Of a stretch of DNA of 64,000 nt, positions 1 to 15,384 are shown one piece after another (positions within the stretch are counted from its first letter, which is position 1; every line of letters begins with the position of its first letter). The DNA lies in assembly GCF_036321535.1 (NCBI RefSeq), contig NC_087436.1, positions 92,816,001 to 92,880,000 of the forward strand, in the 5' to 3' direction. The notes beneath the pieces are model-generated. The model worked only from the letters and a program-made list of their open reading frames with translations, had not been told where the DNA came from and did not search any database. A program made the translations under genes and the position numbers. The stretch comes from Camelus dromedarius (taxonomy: Eukaryota).

Positions 1-59
1 ACATCCTCAATTTATAAATGAGGAAACTGTACATCCCCTCCCAGCTATCCTTTTCCCCT

Positions 60-950
60 CTCCTCCACTTCAGGTAAGTTCTTGAAAAAAATTGTATCTG
101 CTCTTGCTGTCTCAGTTTTCCTTACTTTGCACTCAGTTTTCAATCACTAAACAGTGGCTTCTGCCTCCAACATGTGATTAGACTGTTCTTATCAACACTG
201 CCAACTGTTTCTTGCTATTAAATTTATGAAGACATTTAAATATTTTCCTTTATCTTATAGAAGCATTTGCCACTATTTTCTTTAAACACTGTCTTCCTTG
301 GTTTCCATGATACTCTTGATTTTCTTCTGACCTTTCTCTTTACTCTTCTGCAGGTTCTTTTTCCTCCATCCATTTGTTAAACATTAGTATTCTTCAAGGT
401 TTTTTCCCAAGAGCTTTTTCTTCCTCATACACTATACACACATTCTCAAGGTGATCTTTACTCCTATGGCTTTAAAATTATCATCTATATACTAATAACT
501 CTCAACTCTATGTCTCTAATCCAAATCCCCCTCCTGAGCTTCAGACCAAAATGTATTAACAATAATTGTTAAGTACATATTATGTTTCAGGTGCTACTAT
601 GCTAAGCAGTATATACATAACACACAAATTCCTCCAATGAAGAAAGCTTTAATTGCTAATTCTGCTTTATTGACAAAAAGAATTAATCCTGTTGACCAAC
701 TCCACCTGGGTGCCCTATAAATAACTCACACTCAAAAAGGAACTCATTATTTCCTTTGCTCCCACCCTGCCCTCTCCTTCCAGTTTCCTTCTCTCAGTGA
801 TGGTGCAATATCTATCCAATTGTCCAAACCAGTAACTTGGGCATTCAATGCCCATAACTTCCAAATATTTTTTTAACCTAACCATGTCTCTCCACCCCAA
901 CTACCACTATCTTTTCTGTATTACTATAAATGATTTCTTCTAGTCTAGTG
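60..950 (+). mobile_element. L2 fragment
   Basis: CT-rich L2-type sequence (ggcttctgcc..., ctcctgagcttcagac, ttcctttctcagtgatgg-like, tgtccaaaccag). Confidence 0.6.
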
Positions 951-988
951 CCCCTCCAATCCTTGAAGATAAAAGTATGTATTGTATC

Positions 989-1705
989 TTTTCTCCATAT
1001 CCTTGCCAACATTTGTTATTTGTGTTCTTTTTGATGATGGCCGTTCTGACAGGTGTGAGATGGTGTCTCATTGTGATTTTGATTTGCATTGCCCTGATTT
1101 TGGTGATGTTAAGCAGCTTTTCATTTTCCTGTTGGCCATCTGCATTTCCTCTTGTGGAAAAATGTCTATTCAGTTCTTCTGCCCATATTTTAAATGGGTT
1201 GTTTATTTGCTTTTTAACTGAAGTACAGTTGATTTAAAATGTTGTATTAGTTTCTGGTATACAGCATGGATGGACTTAGAGGGCATTATGCTAAGTGAAA
1301 TAAATCAGACAGAGAAAGACAAATACTGTAAGGTATCACTTACATGTGGAATCTAAAACAATACGACAATTAGTGAATATAACAGAACAGAAACAGACTC
1401 ACAGATGTAGAGAAGGAACTAGTGGTTACCAGTGGGGAGGGGGAAGGAGGAGGGGCAAGACGGAGGTGGGAGGATTAAGAGGTACAAACTACCAGGTATA
1501 AAATAAGCTACAAGGATGGATTGTACAGCATGGGGAATATCCAATGTTTTATAATAACTATAAATGGAGTATAATCTTTAAAAATTGTGACTCACTGTAC
1601 TGTATACCTGTAACATACAATATTGTTTAAAAATATGATTTTAAAATACACTGTAAAATAAATTTTAAAAATGATATTGTAAAATAAATACATAAAGTTA
1701 AAAAA
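989..1705. mobile_element. L1 3' fragments in opposite orientations
   Basis: 989-1265 matches the reverse of L1 ORF2 end/3' end; 1266-1705 is forward (catggatggacttagagggcattatgctaagtgaaataa) ending in an A-rich tail. Confidence 0.75.
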
Positions 1706-1894
1706 AGAATTATGTATTATACCTTTGTATTTCCAGACTCTATCAAAATTCCTGACACATGTAATATATATATTTTAGAAATAAAAGAACAAACTAATGT
1801 ATTAGGGAATTAATGCTCTTAAACATCCTAAAACAGATTACTCAGTAAAATAGATAAAAGGTAAGCAAAACAATAGGAATTAAGAAGACAGAAG

Positions 1895-2420
1895 AATACT
1901 TCAATAAATATATATGTATATAAAAAAAAAAACCCAACCCCCCCCAAAACAAGTTCATGCTCTATAGCACAGGGAACTATATTTGATACCTTGTAGTAAC
2001 TTATGGTGAAAAAGAGTATGAAAACAAATATGTACGTTCACATATGACTCAAGTATTTTGCTGTACACCAGAGATTGACACAACATTGTAAACTGACTAT
2101 ATTTCAATTAAAAAATATATATATATATACAAAAAAAAAGATGACAGAGGAAAGAGACATAGAAAATAAACATGGTTATGGGGAGGGGGAGGGGGGAAGG
2201 GAGAGAAAAATTGGGATTTGCAGATGCTAATTACTATATATAAAACAGATATACAAGGTCCTACTGTACAGCACAGAGCACTACATTCAATATCTTGTAA
2301 TAGCCTATAATGAAAAAGAATATGAAAAGAAATACATATATAAATATATAAATGAATTACTATGCTGTACACCAGAAATTAACACAACATTGTAAACCAA
2401 CCGTACTTCAATTTTAAAAA
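1895..2420 (+). mobile_element. Tandem L1 3' ends flanked by a 13-bp direct repeat
   Basis: AAGAAGACAGAAG at 1882-1894 and 2421-2433; two copies of the tgctgtacaccaga...acattgtaaa...ttcaat terminus inside, plus a short third terminus. Confidence 0.8.
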
Positions 2421-2898
2421 AAGAAGACAGAAGGAAAAAGAAAGAGGCAAAGGCATCAATTATGTTCTACCAAGGTAAGTGGGAGAAAGATAAGAGTGCA
2501 AATACTCTTCAGTTGTTATAATGCAAGTTGGTTTAGTCACTCTAAAAAATAACCTTGGCCAATTCAACTTTTTAAGAAAGACTTCTATAAACACTAATAG
2601 AAATAAAAGATAGTTTTTCAGATAGCAACTATTAGATCTTAACCACATAAAAATGTGGGACCCATGGCCCGAGCATGGTTATCTATGTGGACTCTTCCCC
2701 ATCACTTTACTAATAATACTTATTCAACTTTTATAATACTCAATACTTATACTAACAAAGATTTATTCAACTTCTTCCTAAAACAATATAAATTCCAATT
2801 TTTTAACTAGATACCAAGTAATAAATTTATACATTCAAGGATACACACATTAAAAATAATGTATTTCTATTTTAAAAGGTTTATTTTTCAGTACTTAC

Positions 2899-2966
2899 AT
2901 GCAAATGGCAACCATCACTACTTTTCCAGGCCCCTTAAAAAAAACTGATGTCGTTCTAGAACGTGG
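2899..2966 (-). CDS. SLC30A9: SLC30A9 coding exon 8 (start of transmembrane region; gene continues beyond window)
   Basis: ttatag| ... |gtaagt; 68 nt; PRSRTTSVFFKGPGKVVMVAIC(I); exons 1-8 join into an open 731-nt frame. Confidence 0.96.
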
Positions 2967-3719
2967 CTATAAAAAACAAAAACAAAAATTCTTCAATATT
3001 TCCCAGAGGAACATTATGATGCTTATAAGTGACTGACACACCAGAAAATATCTCCTTTATCAATGCCTCTAAACAACTAGGTTTCCTTATTTTTCCTCTA
3101 GAGTTTCCTCTTTAAAATGTAGAAAGATGGAAATTGAAAGTTCAACTGTGTCCTTTTCCAGAACCCTAATTATTTATTTCCTTGTAATTAATTTCCTGTT
3201 TACTTCCATTAAAAAAATGAGCTGGGTATATAAAAACCAGAAATAAAGTGATAAAAATGTACTGAAATGAAATCAATATACTCAAAAATTTTCCCATTTC
3301 TTGAGCAACATTTTAACTTTTAAACAAGGAACAGCCAAAACCAACAAGTTTATAACTCATGACTGCTCTCTATAGACCAAAGACCTCAAGTGATAACAAA
3401 ACAGACCAAAACAAAAGGAAATCAAACAAGTAGAGAAACATATTCAGAAAATATTTTTCTTGAGTTAAATGTTCTTTTGCTATTTCTTGAATTTATACTG
3501 TCTGTATTTCTTCTGCTCTTTCCTCTCCCTGGAATGCTATCATCTTCTATTGCAACCTGTCTAAGTTTTATTCATCTTCTTCTGTATCTGGCCAAAGTCA
3601 CTTTTCTATGTAAAGCCTTCCTTGGTCCCCCACAGAGAATAAATACTCACTCTGCTACAGGTTTACTATTGCACTTTACTTTTCTATTTAAAGCATCTCA
3701 TATATTCTGCCTTATGTCA

Positions 3720-4665
3720 TTTAGTCAAGAAGTATTTACTGTGAAACTACTATATGCCTGGCACAGTTCTAGATGCTGCGGCACGACAGTAAACAAAACA
3801 GAGTCCCTGCCTTCATAGATCTCACTGCCTAATGTAGGAAGATAGAACAAATCTGTAATATCAGGTAGTTATAAATATAATAAAGAAACTAAAATAGAGA
3901 AGCGAGAGAATATTGTATGCGGGAAGGTGTGTGGTGGACAGGGTTATTTTAACTAGAATAGTTAGGAAAAGCAGCTCAGTGATGAGAAGGAGGCAACCAT
4001 GAAAAAATCTGGAAGAAGAATGTTTCAGGCGGAGTATGCAGCACATTCAAAGATTCAGGGATAGAAATAAGTTTGGTGTGTAGAAAGGACAAAAGTAAAG
4101 CTGATGTGGCAAATGTACAGACAGTAGGGAAAATGGTACGAGCTGAGGCCAGAGGAAGAGACAGGGACCGTATCCCAACTGGACTTTGTAGACCATGGTA
4201 AGGAGTGCGAATCTTAGTCTAATGGCCAAAAAAAAAAAAAAAAAAAAAAAAAAGAAAGAAAGCCACTGGATGATTTTAAACAGATGCTTGACATAGTCTA
4301 ATTTATGTTCTTAAAAGATACAGTTTATGATGTAGAAAATAAATCATGGAGGAAAAAGTAAAGGTAAGAGAGATTAATTAGAAGGGTAAAAGATGGTGCT
4401 GGTTTAGACTAAAGTTTCAATAAGGGACATGGTGAGAAGCAGTCATACTTGGTGCCTATTTTGGAGAAAATTCCAGTGAGACTTGCTAATAGATTTAAAT
4501 ATAAAAGGGCCTATAGTGAATCTCTAACATTTAAAGGTTAGATCAAAAAGCAGGGTCTTCTGCAAAGGAGACAGAGGAGGAGGCAGAATTAATGAAGAAG
4601 AAAACCGGAGAAAGACTGTCTTGGGCTTCTACAGAATAATGCGTTCCAAGGAAAAGGAATACTTG
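3720..4665 (-). mobile_element. L2 fragment (left part, interrupted by gypsy remnant)
   Basis: gtatttactg...ctatatgcctggcacagttctag...aaacaaaacagagtccctgcc, typical of the reverse L2 3' end. Confidence 0.75.
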
Positions 4666-4669
4666 CTAC

Positions 4670-7130
4670 TGGTGGTGGGCACTTGAACACTCATCCTTAC
4701 TTCTCTGATTTCCATGAAAAAGGAATTTTCCCCCTGATACTTTCAGCTTCTTGCGCATAACCCTCCCCCCATCTCCAATGGCACCCCCGGAGGCTGACTA
4801 AATTTGGTGAGGTAGCTAAACTGGTAAATTGGGGAGACAATGCTGGGCATGCTTAGCTCCCCTTTTTACTCTGAGATTTGGTACACGTTCCCTTCTGTTC
4901 TTCCATGACTGTGTATCTACGCAAGAGGGGTAGAGCTGGCTACAACTTATGGGGTAATCTAAATAAGAAGAGTCCTTAAGATCTAATGCACTGGCTTGCA
5001 ACTCTGAGAAACAGCTAAGGAAAACAGAGTGAAATTTTAGGTTAATGGGGCCAAGCCATGTAAGAGTTTGTTCTTAATATGACACCACAGCTAATGGCAG
5101 TTTTATCTCCTGGCAGGCTACCATGACCTTGAATGGGTAGAAATAGGTCTCATCAAAGGTGCAGGTCCTGTAGGGCAGGCTACTGCAGCTTAAACTTGAA
5201 TTCAACAGATGCATGTTGGCCTGGTATTGCTAAGAAAGCTGAGCTGGGATTCTGTTTCGGGCATTAGGGACGCAAAATGCTTTTCTTTTCTCTTCTTCTT
5301 CTCCTTCTTTTTTTTTTTTTCCTCATTTTAAGTGTTTTGCATTCAAGTCTGCAGGCCAGGATTTAAAGAGCACCTCCTAAGTTCCCTGTGGACAGCAGAG
5401 AAGAGGGAGCTGCAAGCTTTAGTGTTAGATTTATAAACTATAAACACTGACCAAGGCTCCAGATTCCTGAGTCCTGCTGTTTATTGATAAACAAAAAAAC
5501 AGTGTGTATGTGTTTTATTACAAAGAGACTATGCCGTATCCTTTGAGCAGAGGAAAAAACTCAATGAAATTATTACAGGAACAGTAGAAAATGAATACAA
5601 ATAAATGAAAACATGCTGCTTAAGGTGGAAGATGAGAAAGATTTCTTTAGAAGAAAGTTTTGAAAACTTATGGAATAAATAAGACAGATAGGGAAGGGAA
5701 ATGAGATCTTTAAACCAGAATAGAATGTTATAATAAGGAAAAAGAGGTTCACTGAACTCAAATTGCTCTGATAAAGGCCGCAGAAAAGGTGAAATAGTGA
5801 CAAGGACCAAGGAAATCTAGCAGCAAGAGAAGGAAAATCTGGAAAAGCAAAGCCACCCACAAATTCCACAATAAATGCAACTGGAGAACTGCTCTTTAAG
5901 GATCAGAATGGCCAAAATGACCATTACTGAAATTAGATGAAAGGTATATCAAATATTTATTTTTTCTAGTTTTGTATATGTTTGGAAATTCTCACAACAA
6001 ATAAGTTTTTTAAATATTGGGGAGAAAACCCAGAAAATGTGGATAGATTTCAGAAAGGACTACCAGGAAAATTAGCAGAAAATACTCAACGTATTACTGG
6101 TCATTTCAAGGTGACAATATCATTCCCACTGGAGATGAAGGTACTTCTGATGCTCTGAATGACTATCCCCCAAAATTCACACAATTAGGATAGTAAGGGA
6201 AAGCACAAGAAAGTAGAAACATATTAAAGGGGAAATGTATTAAAGGGACAATGAGAAATAAGATATCAATTAGACATTGTTCTGATGAGAGAATGCTTCT
6301 GGCAAACCCAGAACATAGTGAGTTCATATATTTCACTATTGGAGTTCCAACAAGGCAAAGAAAAATGTAACAGGAAAAAAAGTATCTGGGTCAGAAAGAA
6401 AAAAAAAGAAGTAAAAGTAAAGAAGGTATTTTTATTTCAGCCAACAGAACTAGTCCCATACGTTTTAGAGAAGGAAAGCAACCATCTGTAGTGGGAAAGT
6501 GAGTGTTCCTAACAGGAATACAGGAACAGTAGGATTTTAAATATTAAAGTCTATCCTATTACTACCAAAAAAAAAAAAAAAAAGAGTATAAAAGAAAGAA
6601 ATCTTACTCAAAACCTATAACATTTAAAGGCTGATGAGTACTAATCTTCAAAAGGCCTCTAAGTGACACAGATTTCAGAAGTCAACAGCTACTACTCCAA
6701 AACCTGGTGAGGATCATCTTTCACGTTCACATGGAGTTATAAGGCTAGCAATAAATCTTCACAGGAGGCAGGTGTCATGCCTCAATTATTTCATAGCAAG
6801 AGGTAGTGGCAGTGCGCTGTCAAGGCACAGAAGTGAAAATGCTGGCTCACAAGACACACAGAGAGTCCAGGGCAGCACTTGGGTGCCAGAAACATAGGGC
6901 TCAAAGGGGAAATGGAAGTTAAGAGTTTTGAATATGATGAATGGGAAAGAAAAGCATATCGAATAAAATAGGACTACAGTTATCATCATTGCTAATTTCT
7001 ACATTTTGCAAGAAGGAAGCAATGACTCAAATTTAACTTAGAAGAAGAGACAATTTGCACAGCTAGCCTTTTCTCCAGATATGGCATTCAGTTCTTGATA
7101 GGAGACATCTTATAGCTAATTTAAATGCAA
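4670..7130 (+). mobile_element. Ancient Ty3/gypsy-type LTR retrotransposon remnant (MamGypsy-like)
   Basis: Degenerate motifs in gypsy order: RT (DYQ-KIS-KILNVLLVIS-GDNIIPTG ~6058-6133; KCI...EIRY ~6233-6267), RNase H (TELVPYVLEKE...W ~6444-6495), integrase (VMPQ...QEVV...CQGTEVKMLA...CQKHR ~6774-6899; WER-KHIE 6942-6963; FSRYGI 7071-7088). Confidence 0.65.
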
Positions 7131-7139
7131 AGTTGACTC

Positions 7140-7720
7140 TGGACATCTTGTGGAGGTGGTTGGTGGCTTTGGTAAAAGCCATTTCAATGTAGTGGTGGGA
7201 ATGAAAGCCCAAATGGAGAGGATATGGGAAAGAATAAGAAGTGGGATAGTAAAGGCAAATTTTCTATACTGGTCCCAATATTACTTTCCTTTGGTAGGAA
7301 GGAAAACAGTATTCTGGCACACTTGTAGATAACGTAGTAAATTTGGTGATAGAAAGATAAGGTATTTTTATTAGATTAGATCTGTATTTTCAATAAAATA
7401 TGAAACGAGGTCGCCAGCTGAAGAGGGAAGAGTGAGTTTATAGGAAGTATGGGAAGAGAGAAAAAGGTATGCAATAAGCAATAAGTATCTCACAGGATGG
7501 GAGAGTGAATGTATTATGGAAGTTTATTAAGACTGCCAAATATTGAATGTCCACTGATTTTGTATACTCATTATAAAAATAAAAAGCAAAATGGCTGTGC
7601 AGTTTTCTCCCCTAAAGGCTGAGCTTCTTCAGAGAATTAGCAGTTTGAATGTTTAACCAGGGTTAAGAGTAGAAGGAAAAAGAATAAAGGAAATTAAGAG
7701 TGTATATGAGAGAGTTAAAT
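7140..7720 (-). mobile_element. L2 fragment (continuation)
   Basis: ggaggtggttggtggctttggtaaaagccatttcaatgtagtggtggg is reverse L2 sequence continuing the 3720-4665 copy. Confidence 0.6.
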
Positions 7721-7979
7721 CTTGCTAAAAACCTAAGAAATAAATCATCTATATCTATATACTTATGGTTTATAGAAGTATCAAAGAGAACTTATGTCCC
7801 AATTTTTTTAATTTCAAGGAAAGCAGATAGAAGCAAATAGATTAATTCAGTAAATTACAATCTACTTAAGAAAATCATGGAATAGGATCACAGACATGCT
7901 AGACTTTCATAATGGACTGATATTAGAATTTTGCTGTGCAATACATATATACATGACATTATCAAAAAGATACCCTTAC

Positions 7980-8038
7980 CTTTGTATTTCCCAGAAAGTC
8001 TCTATATTCTCTCAATATTTTTTGGTTTCTAAATAGCC
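7980..8038 (-). CDS. SLC30A9: SLC30A9 coding exon 7
   Basis: ttacag| ... |gtaagg; 59 nt; (R)LFRNQKILREYRDFLGNTK. Confidence 0.96.
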
Positions 8039-8184
8039 CTGTAAGAAAAAGAATTACATCATTCATTTAGATTATACCTACTCTTATCAGTCACATTTTA
8101 GATGAACACAATTATTCTAAAACTATGCTAAATAGTCTTCTACTAGCTACCAGCAAAAATATCAGATTAAAAGAAATCTGAATT

Positions 8185-8547
8185 TGCAACCTGATTAAAG
8201 AATACGCAAAGGACTTGAACAGACTATTGTTCAAAGATGATATACAAATGGCCAAGAAATATATGAAAAGATGTTCATATCACTAAGTATCAGGGAAATG
8301 CAAATCAAAACCACAGTGAAGTATCACCTAACACACATCAGAATGGCTACTATCAAAAAAAAAACCCAAAAAACAAAAAACCACCCAGAAAAAAAAAACA
8401 TGTAGCCAAGGATATAGAGAAACTAGAAATCCTAAGTATGTTGGTGGGATTATAAAATACTGCAACTGCCATGGAAAACAATATGGAGGTTCCTCAAAAA
8501 AATTAAAAACTACCGTGATTGAGCAATCTCACTTCTGGATATATATC

Positions 8548-8578
<31 letters not shown>

Positions 8579-9005
8579 GGGTCTCAAAAAGATATTTTCA
8601 CACCCAAATTCATAGCAGCACTATTCACAATAGCCTAGAAGTGAAAGCAACCAAAATGCCCATGGATGAACGAACGGATAAAGAAAATGTGGTAAATACA
8701 TATAATGGAGTATTATTCAGACTTTAAAAAGAGGGAAATCCTCGCACATGGATGAATCTTGAGGACATTATGCTAAGTGAAATAACTTAGTCAAAAGGAC
8801 AAATACTCTGTGACTCCTAGTAATTACTAGGGGCTAGGGGGAGGGGGAAAAGCAAATTGTTTAACATGCATAATTTCAGTCTTGTAAGGCAAAAAAGTTC
8901 TAGAAAAAATTTCTGGAGATGTTTCATAACAATGTGAATATACTTAACACTTCTGAACTGTACACTTAAAAACAGTTAAAACAATAAATTTTATGTTGTA
9001 TTTTA
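8185..9005 (+). mobile_element. L1 ORF2 end and 3' UTR (older subfamily)
   Basis: atggccaagaaatatatgaaaagatgttca...gaaatgcaaatcaaaaccac...ctgaactgtacacttaaaa. Confidence 0.85.
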
Positions 9006-9199
9006 CAATGAGATAAAGGCAGTTTGCTAAGACACCTTTCTCAATATTAACTAGAAAATGAGTTATTTAAGCTTGAAATAAGAACCAATTCTTCATTTTT
9101 AGCTCAATGTTTAAAAATACAGGAAAAATATTATTTTATGATTGATTTCTCAAATTTTGTATGTTAAATATTTCATTTAATGTAAGTACAAGGCTAGTC

Positions 9200-10260
9200 A
9201 TGGTACCATTATTTCAACAGCAAAAGACTCGAAATAACCTTTGGGGGAATGATAATATAGTGTACCCCTCAAAATGGAGTATTATAAAAGAAATGAAATG
9301 GCTCTATTTCCTGCTATGGAAGGCTCCCAGAACATATTATCAAGTAAAAAAAAAAACCAAAACCAGGAAGGGGATGTTAATTAGCAACATGTATGATATT
9401 TTATTATACTTTTAAAATGGAAAAAATAACCCCCAAACTAATTTTTTAAACAGTTACCTATGCTAAGGGGAGGGAACAGAGTGGAGAGACAAGGATGGAA
9501 GCTAAACTCTGAAGTATTCTGCCTGTGACTTTGGAATCACATAAATGTTTTACAAAATTATAAAACAAAAACAAATCAAACTTCTAAAAATCAAAAGCAA
9601 AATGAAACAAATGAACCTAACTTTATATATTAGCTGGTTTATTCATACAGAGAGAAATCACAAGTGACTTTAAAACAGACATTTGACTATAAACCTCTAG
9701 TGGAATAAATATTAAAGACAAAAAGAAAAACAAAGAAATCTTAAATCACCCTGATAGCAATAATACTGATACTGTTATTCTGAAACTACACTGAATTCTC
9801 TCTATGTGTGCGTATATATATGAACAAACCAAAATACAATTATGTTAATGAATTAAGAAATAAGGTTTTCCATGTGAGATACAAAAAGAAAAAAACAAAT
9901 ACAAAGACAAAAAAAACCCCTGTAAGTTTATCAGAATAACCAATATATTTTCTCTTAAGAAACAATAAATATTTCCTAGCTCTGTCCACTGAAAAGACCT
10001 TAAAAATTTAGCAACCTATTAAAAATGAGAACCTCTAATGCCCACAGGTCTCTCAATTTCATTTCCTATTAAAAGGAAAAGGAGTTCCTTTTAGAAATGG
10101 CTGATTTCCAATCTAGGGGAGGAAACAGACAAGATGAACCTGAAACATCTTATTGTACCTAAAAGCAAAGATGCTACTACAGTACCCGGATTATGACAAA
10201 AGGACTTAAGAGCCATTTTGAGATGTTTCCACCAGCCAACACTGGAATAATTTGAGCACC
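9200..10260 (+). mobile_element. Old L1 3' UTR fragment
   Basis: atttcctagctctgtccactgaaaagacc...agaaatggctgatttcc...agatgaacctgaaacatctt. Confidence 0.6.
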
Positions 10261-10829
10261 ACAACCTTGCCTGCTTCGTCCTTTCCTTTCTTGCATGTAC
10301 TTTCTCAATGTTCTTCCCTTTCTCCTTGATCTCCCTCTTGATACCTGACACCCATACTCTCAAGAAATTCTCTCTACCTCTTATCTTAGTGGGCTACTGA
10401 CCACAGCCGTGTCTCACAATTCCCACTTAGAAATTTTACCAATTCATTAGAAGAAGGAAATATTGTCACCTTTAAGCCTTGGTCCTGTGCAGAACTTAGA
10501 AATATAAAGAATTCAAAATCCTCCTAAATAAAGCCCAACTGACAAAGAAAAATAAGTGTATTTTTTGCAGATACTAGACCTCTATCTCTGCTTTAATGCT
10601 GCCACATGACTGTTCAGCTCCCCAGAGTAACAGAACTATAACTGTACTATGAGTATGTAATTCCCCAATGGATTATGCCCTACTAGCATAACATTTAATC
10701 ATATCCTGTATCAGCATCTGTATTACCTATATAGAAACCCAGTGGAAGCCATTAACTGAATAGTGATACCAGAATTCTGGGGCTACCTGACCCCAGTATA
10801 TATTTCTTTCATTGAAAGTAAACATTTCA

Positions 10830-12666
<1,837 letters not shown>

Positions 12667-13026
12667 GAAAGTAAACATTTCATTCCTATGGAATTTAAGT
12701 GCAGCTCTCTTTAGCATATCTGTGAATATAAAGATTTCAACAAGTGTTTCCTTCTCCTAAGAGGCCAAGACCCCTTAACTAGGATTTAATTTAAGAACAG
12801 GTATAATCTTCAGTCAGACTAAGTTTCAATATTCATATGCTTATAGGAGCCACAAATTAGCTTCACTTGATCTCATGATCTTTAAAAAGCTATAGAGGAG
12901 GAAACAAATAGATACTGTTTTTTATAAAATAATTGAATCCCAAAATGAAAACTGGTACTTGCTAGAACGAACAATGCCAAAGTCAAAAGGTAGGCAACCA
13001 ATCAGCTTTAAATTAAGAAAACTTAC

Positions 13027-13109
13027 TTTCTCTATATTCTATTTCTGCTTCCTTACGAAGTTTTTTCTCTCTGGCAAGAGCTTCAGGGCTTCCCCAAACT
13101 TCCAAAGAT
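13027..13109 (-). CDS. SLC30A9: SLC30A9 coding exon 6
   Basis: acacag| ... |gtaagt; 83 nt; SLEVWGSPEALAREKKLRKEAEIEYRE(R). Confidence 0.97.
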
Positions 13110-13460
13110 CTGTGTACACCAATAAATGACAATTTCAATGACTTTATTATAATCATATTTAAATCCAAATAACTACAACTATATGAGAATCTAACAACAA
13201 AGCATAAGGTTCTTCAGGAAAAATATAAAGCACTTGAGAAAGTTTTCTAAATTAAATCTAAACAATAAGAATAAATTCAATAGCAAATTTTCTCATAACT
13301 TATAACCTTTTTAAGTTACCTAGTACATACTAGTAACTCCCAGATAAATCTGCAAAAATAAAAAACATGTCAATTTAAAAATTCTGAGTCTGTCTACAAT
13401 TTGTTTTTATTAATCCCAAATTCTGCATGTATTTTTATTCTAAAAGAACTATGTTCTTAC

Positions 13461-13553
13461 TTTGCCTCCACATCTGATCTCAAGTATACAGTAAAGGACT
13501 CAGTGTCTTCATGAGGACTTCGTCGTCTGATTTTTCGAAGTTGTTCTAGATCA
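13461..13553 (-). CDS. SLC30A9: SLC30A9 coding exon 5
   Basis: tttcag| ... |gtaaga; 93 nt; DLEQLRKIRRRSPHEDTESFTVYLRSDVEA(K). Confidence 0.97.
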
Positions 13554-14894
13554 CTGAAAAAAGAAACATGTTGAATTTAATCAGACAAGATTCATATAGT
13601 TTATGCACTTAAAAGGATTATTAAGGGCAGATAAAAGCTACTACACTGATCCTCATTTTAAAAGCTAAATCTGTATAGTCTGCAAAAATCAGTTTAAAGG
13701 TGACATTTTGTACACAGAAAGTAGTTTAGAGACAGTTGAAAAACGAAGAATTATTCTTGATTTTCAATATAGATACCATAATATGTAAAGAGCAAATTCC
13801 TTTATCAGTGCTTGTATTTTATCTGCTATGGACACACCTGTACAATGTCTGATGTATGAAGAAAACAGTGAAAAGTGGAAAGAACGTGGATTAGAGTATC
13901 ATTCCTCTATTTAAGAACTTAAATTTAATATTTGCAGTCATTTACTTACGTCCAGATTAATACTAAGTAATAATGTCATTCATCGGTATCAAGTTATAAA
14001 GAGTATATGTCAATTTCATGCTATTTAATTATATTCCTTTCTCTTAAATTTTGAAAGGTTTATATATTCATCAAGCCACCGCTAAATAGTCATTCTAAAT
14101 TTGATCATTGGTCTTCCTAAGGAATTTTGTAACAGCAATGAAAAGACCTATAAATAAAAATTTGGTGACTATGGAAGATATTAAGTTACAGAAATTAAAC
14201 CTGGAGTTTAAAATAGGTCAACAATCAACCATGACACATTAGTAAAGAAAGTCTGGACCAGGTAACAAGAGATACGTATTTTGGTTCCTTCTCTGACACT
14301 GATGCACTGAATGAGTTGGGTCATCACTAACATCTTTATTATGTTCCCTGGCCTATAACGTGGAGACAGCAATACCTAATCTACTTAATTCAGAAAATTT
14401 TTGCATGTGAAACAAAATATAGTTTTACACCTTTATTATAATTGATCGTTGTTTCAATAGTTATGTAAGTTATAAAAACTGATTATAGGAATCTTTATTT
14501 CTTGGTACTATATCATAGAAGATGTGACCATGAGGGGGTCGAGGGGAGGAAACTAGATTGTCTGATGTCTAAATTGCCAAGAAATCTTCGACATAAATAC
14601 AGCCTTTCTAGGTAAACATACAAAGAGGGGGAAAAGAGTTTAAATTTGTAAAAAAAAATCTCAATAAATCTCTTTAATTACAAGAAAATTAATAAGATAC
14701 CAGAAAGAGGTAAAATAATTTATACTCAACAGAAACTACAGCTGCAGTGTGAACATAAATATAAATAACTACTCAACTCTGCAAGCCAAAAAATATAAAA
14801 ATTTAAAGTTATACAAATATGCAAATAATCTTATTTGCATTTGTGAAAAATAACTATGCCACATATTAACATAACAATAAAACCCCTAAGGTTC

Positions 14895-15015
14895 TTTTGG
14901 GGGCGGAGTAATTAGGTTTGTTTGTTTGTTTGCTTATTTAATGGAGGTACTGGGGACTGAACCCAGGACCTCGTGCATGGTAAGCATACGCTCTACCACT
15001 GAGCTATACACTCCC
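14895..15015 (-). mobile_element. tRNA-Ala-derived SINE (Vic-1-like)
   Basis: Reverse complement of GGGAGTGTATAGCTCAGTGGTAGAGCG...GGTTCAGTCCCCAGTACCTCCA with a (AAAC)n tail. Confidence 0.88.
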
Positions 15016-15284
15016 TACCATAAGTTACTTGTGTGATATAAATATTATGAAGAACCTGACTTTTTGAGTTATAGGAGCCAAGACAGACTGGAATTGCTCA
15101 GGCAGGAGCAGAATTCAATTTAGTAAACTAAAACTTTTTAACTTAATGAAAGTATTTCTTCAATTTAGGAATTAGCCATGGTAAAGTTTCCACATGGATG
15201 GTAGCAGGTAACAAAGTCTAAGGAATAACTGGTTATTTAGATTAGATAGAGCAAACTAACACATTAAAATAAAAATTACTGTAC

Positions 15285-15384
15285 CTGGATTTGAGGCAGA
15301 ACTCATTCATTGCTCTGACTCCAGTGATGAAGTTATTCTGAGTGTACTTTGGTCCATATTCCCTCTTCTTAAGGACTGCTTTGA
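15285..15384 (-). CDS. SLC30A9: SLC30A9 coding exon 4
   Basis: ttttag| ... |gtacag; 100 nt; (V)KAVLKKREYGPKYTQNNFITGVRAMNEFCLKS(S). Confidence 0.97.

Noticed and set aside
989..1705. Twin-primed (5'-inverted) L1
   Set aside because: The inverted part includes a separate extreme 3' terminus and no TSD was found; more likely juxtaposed fragments.
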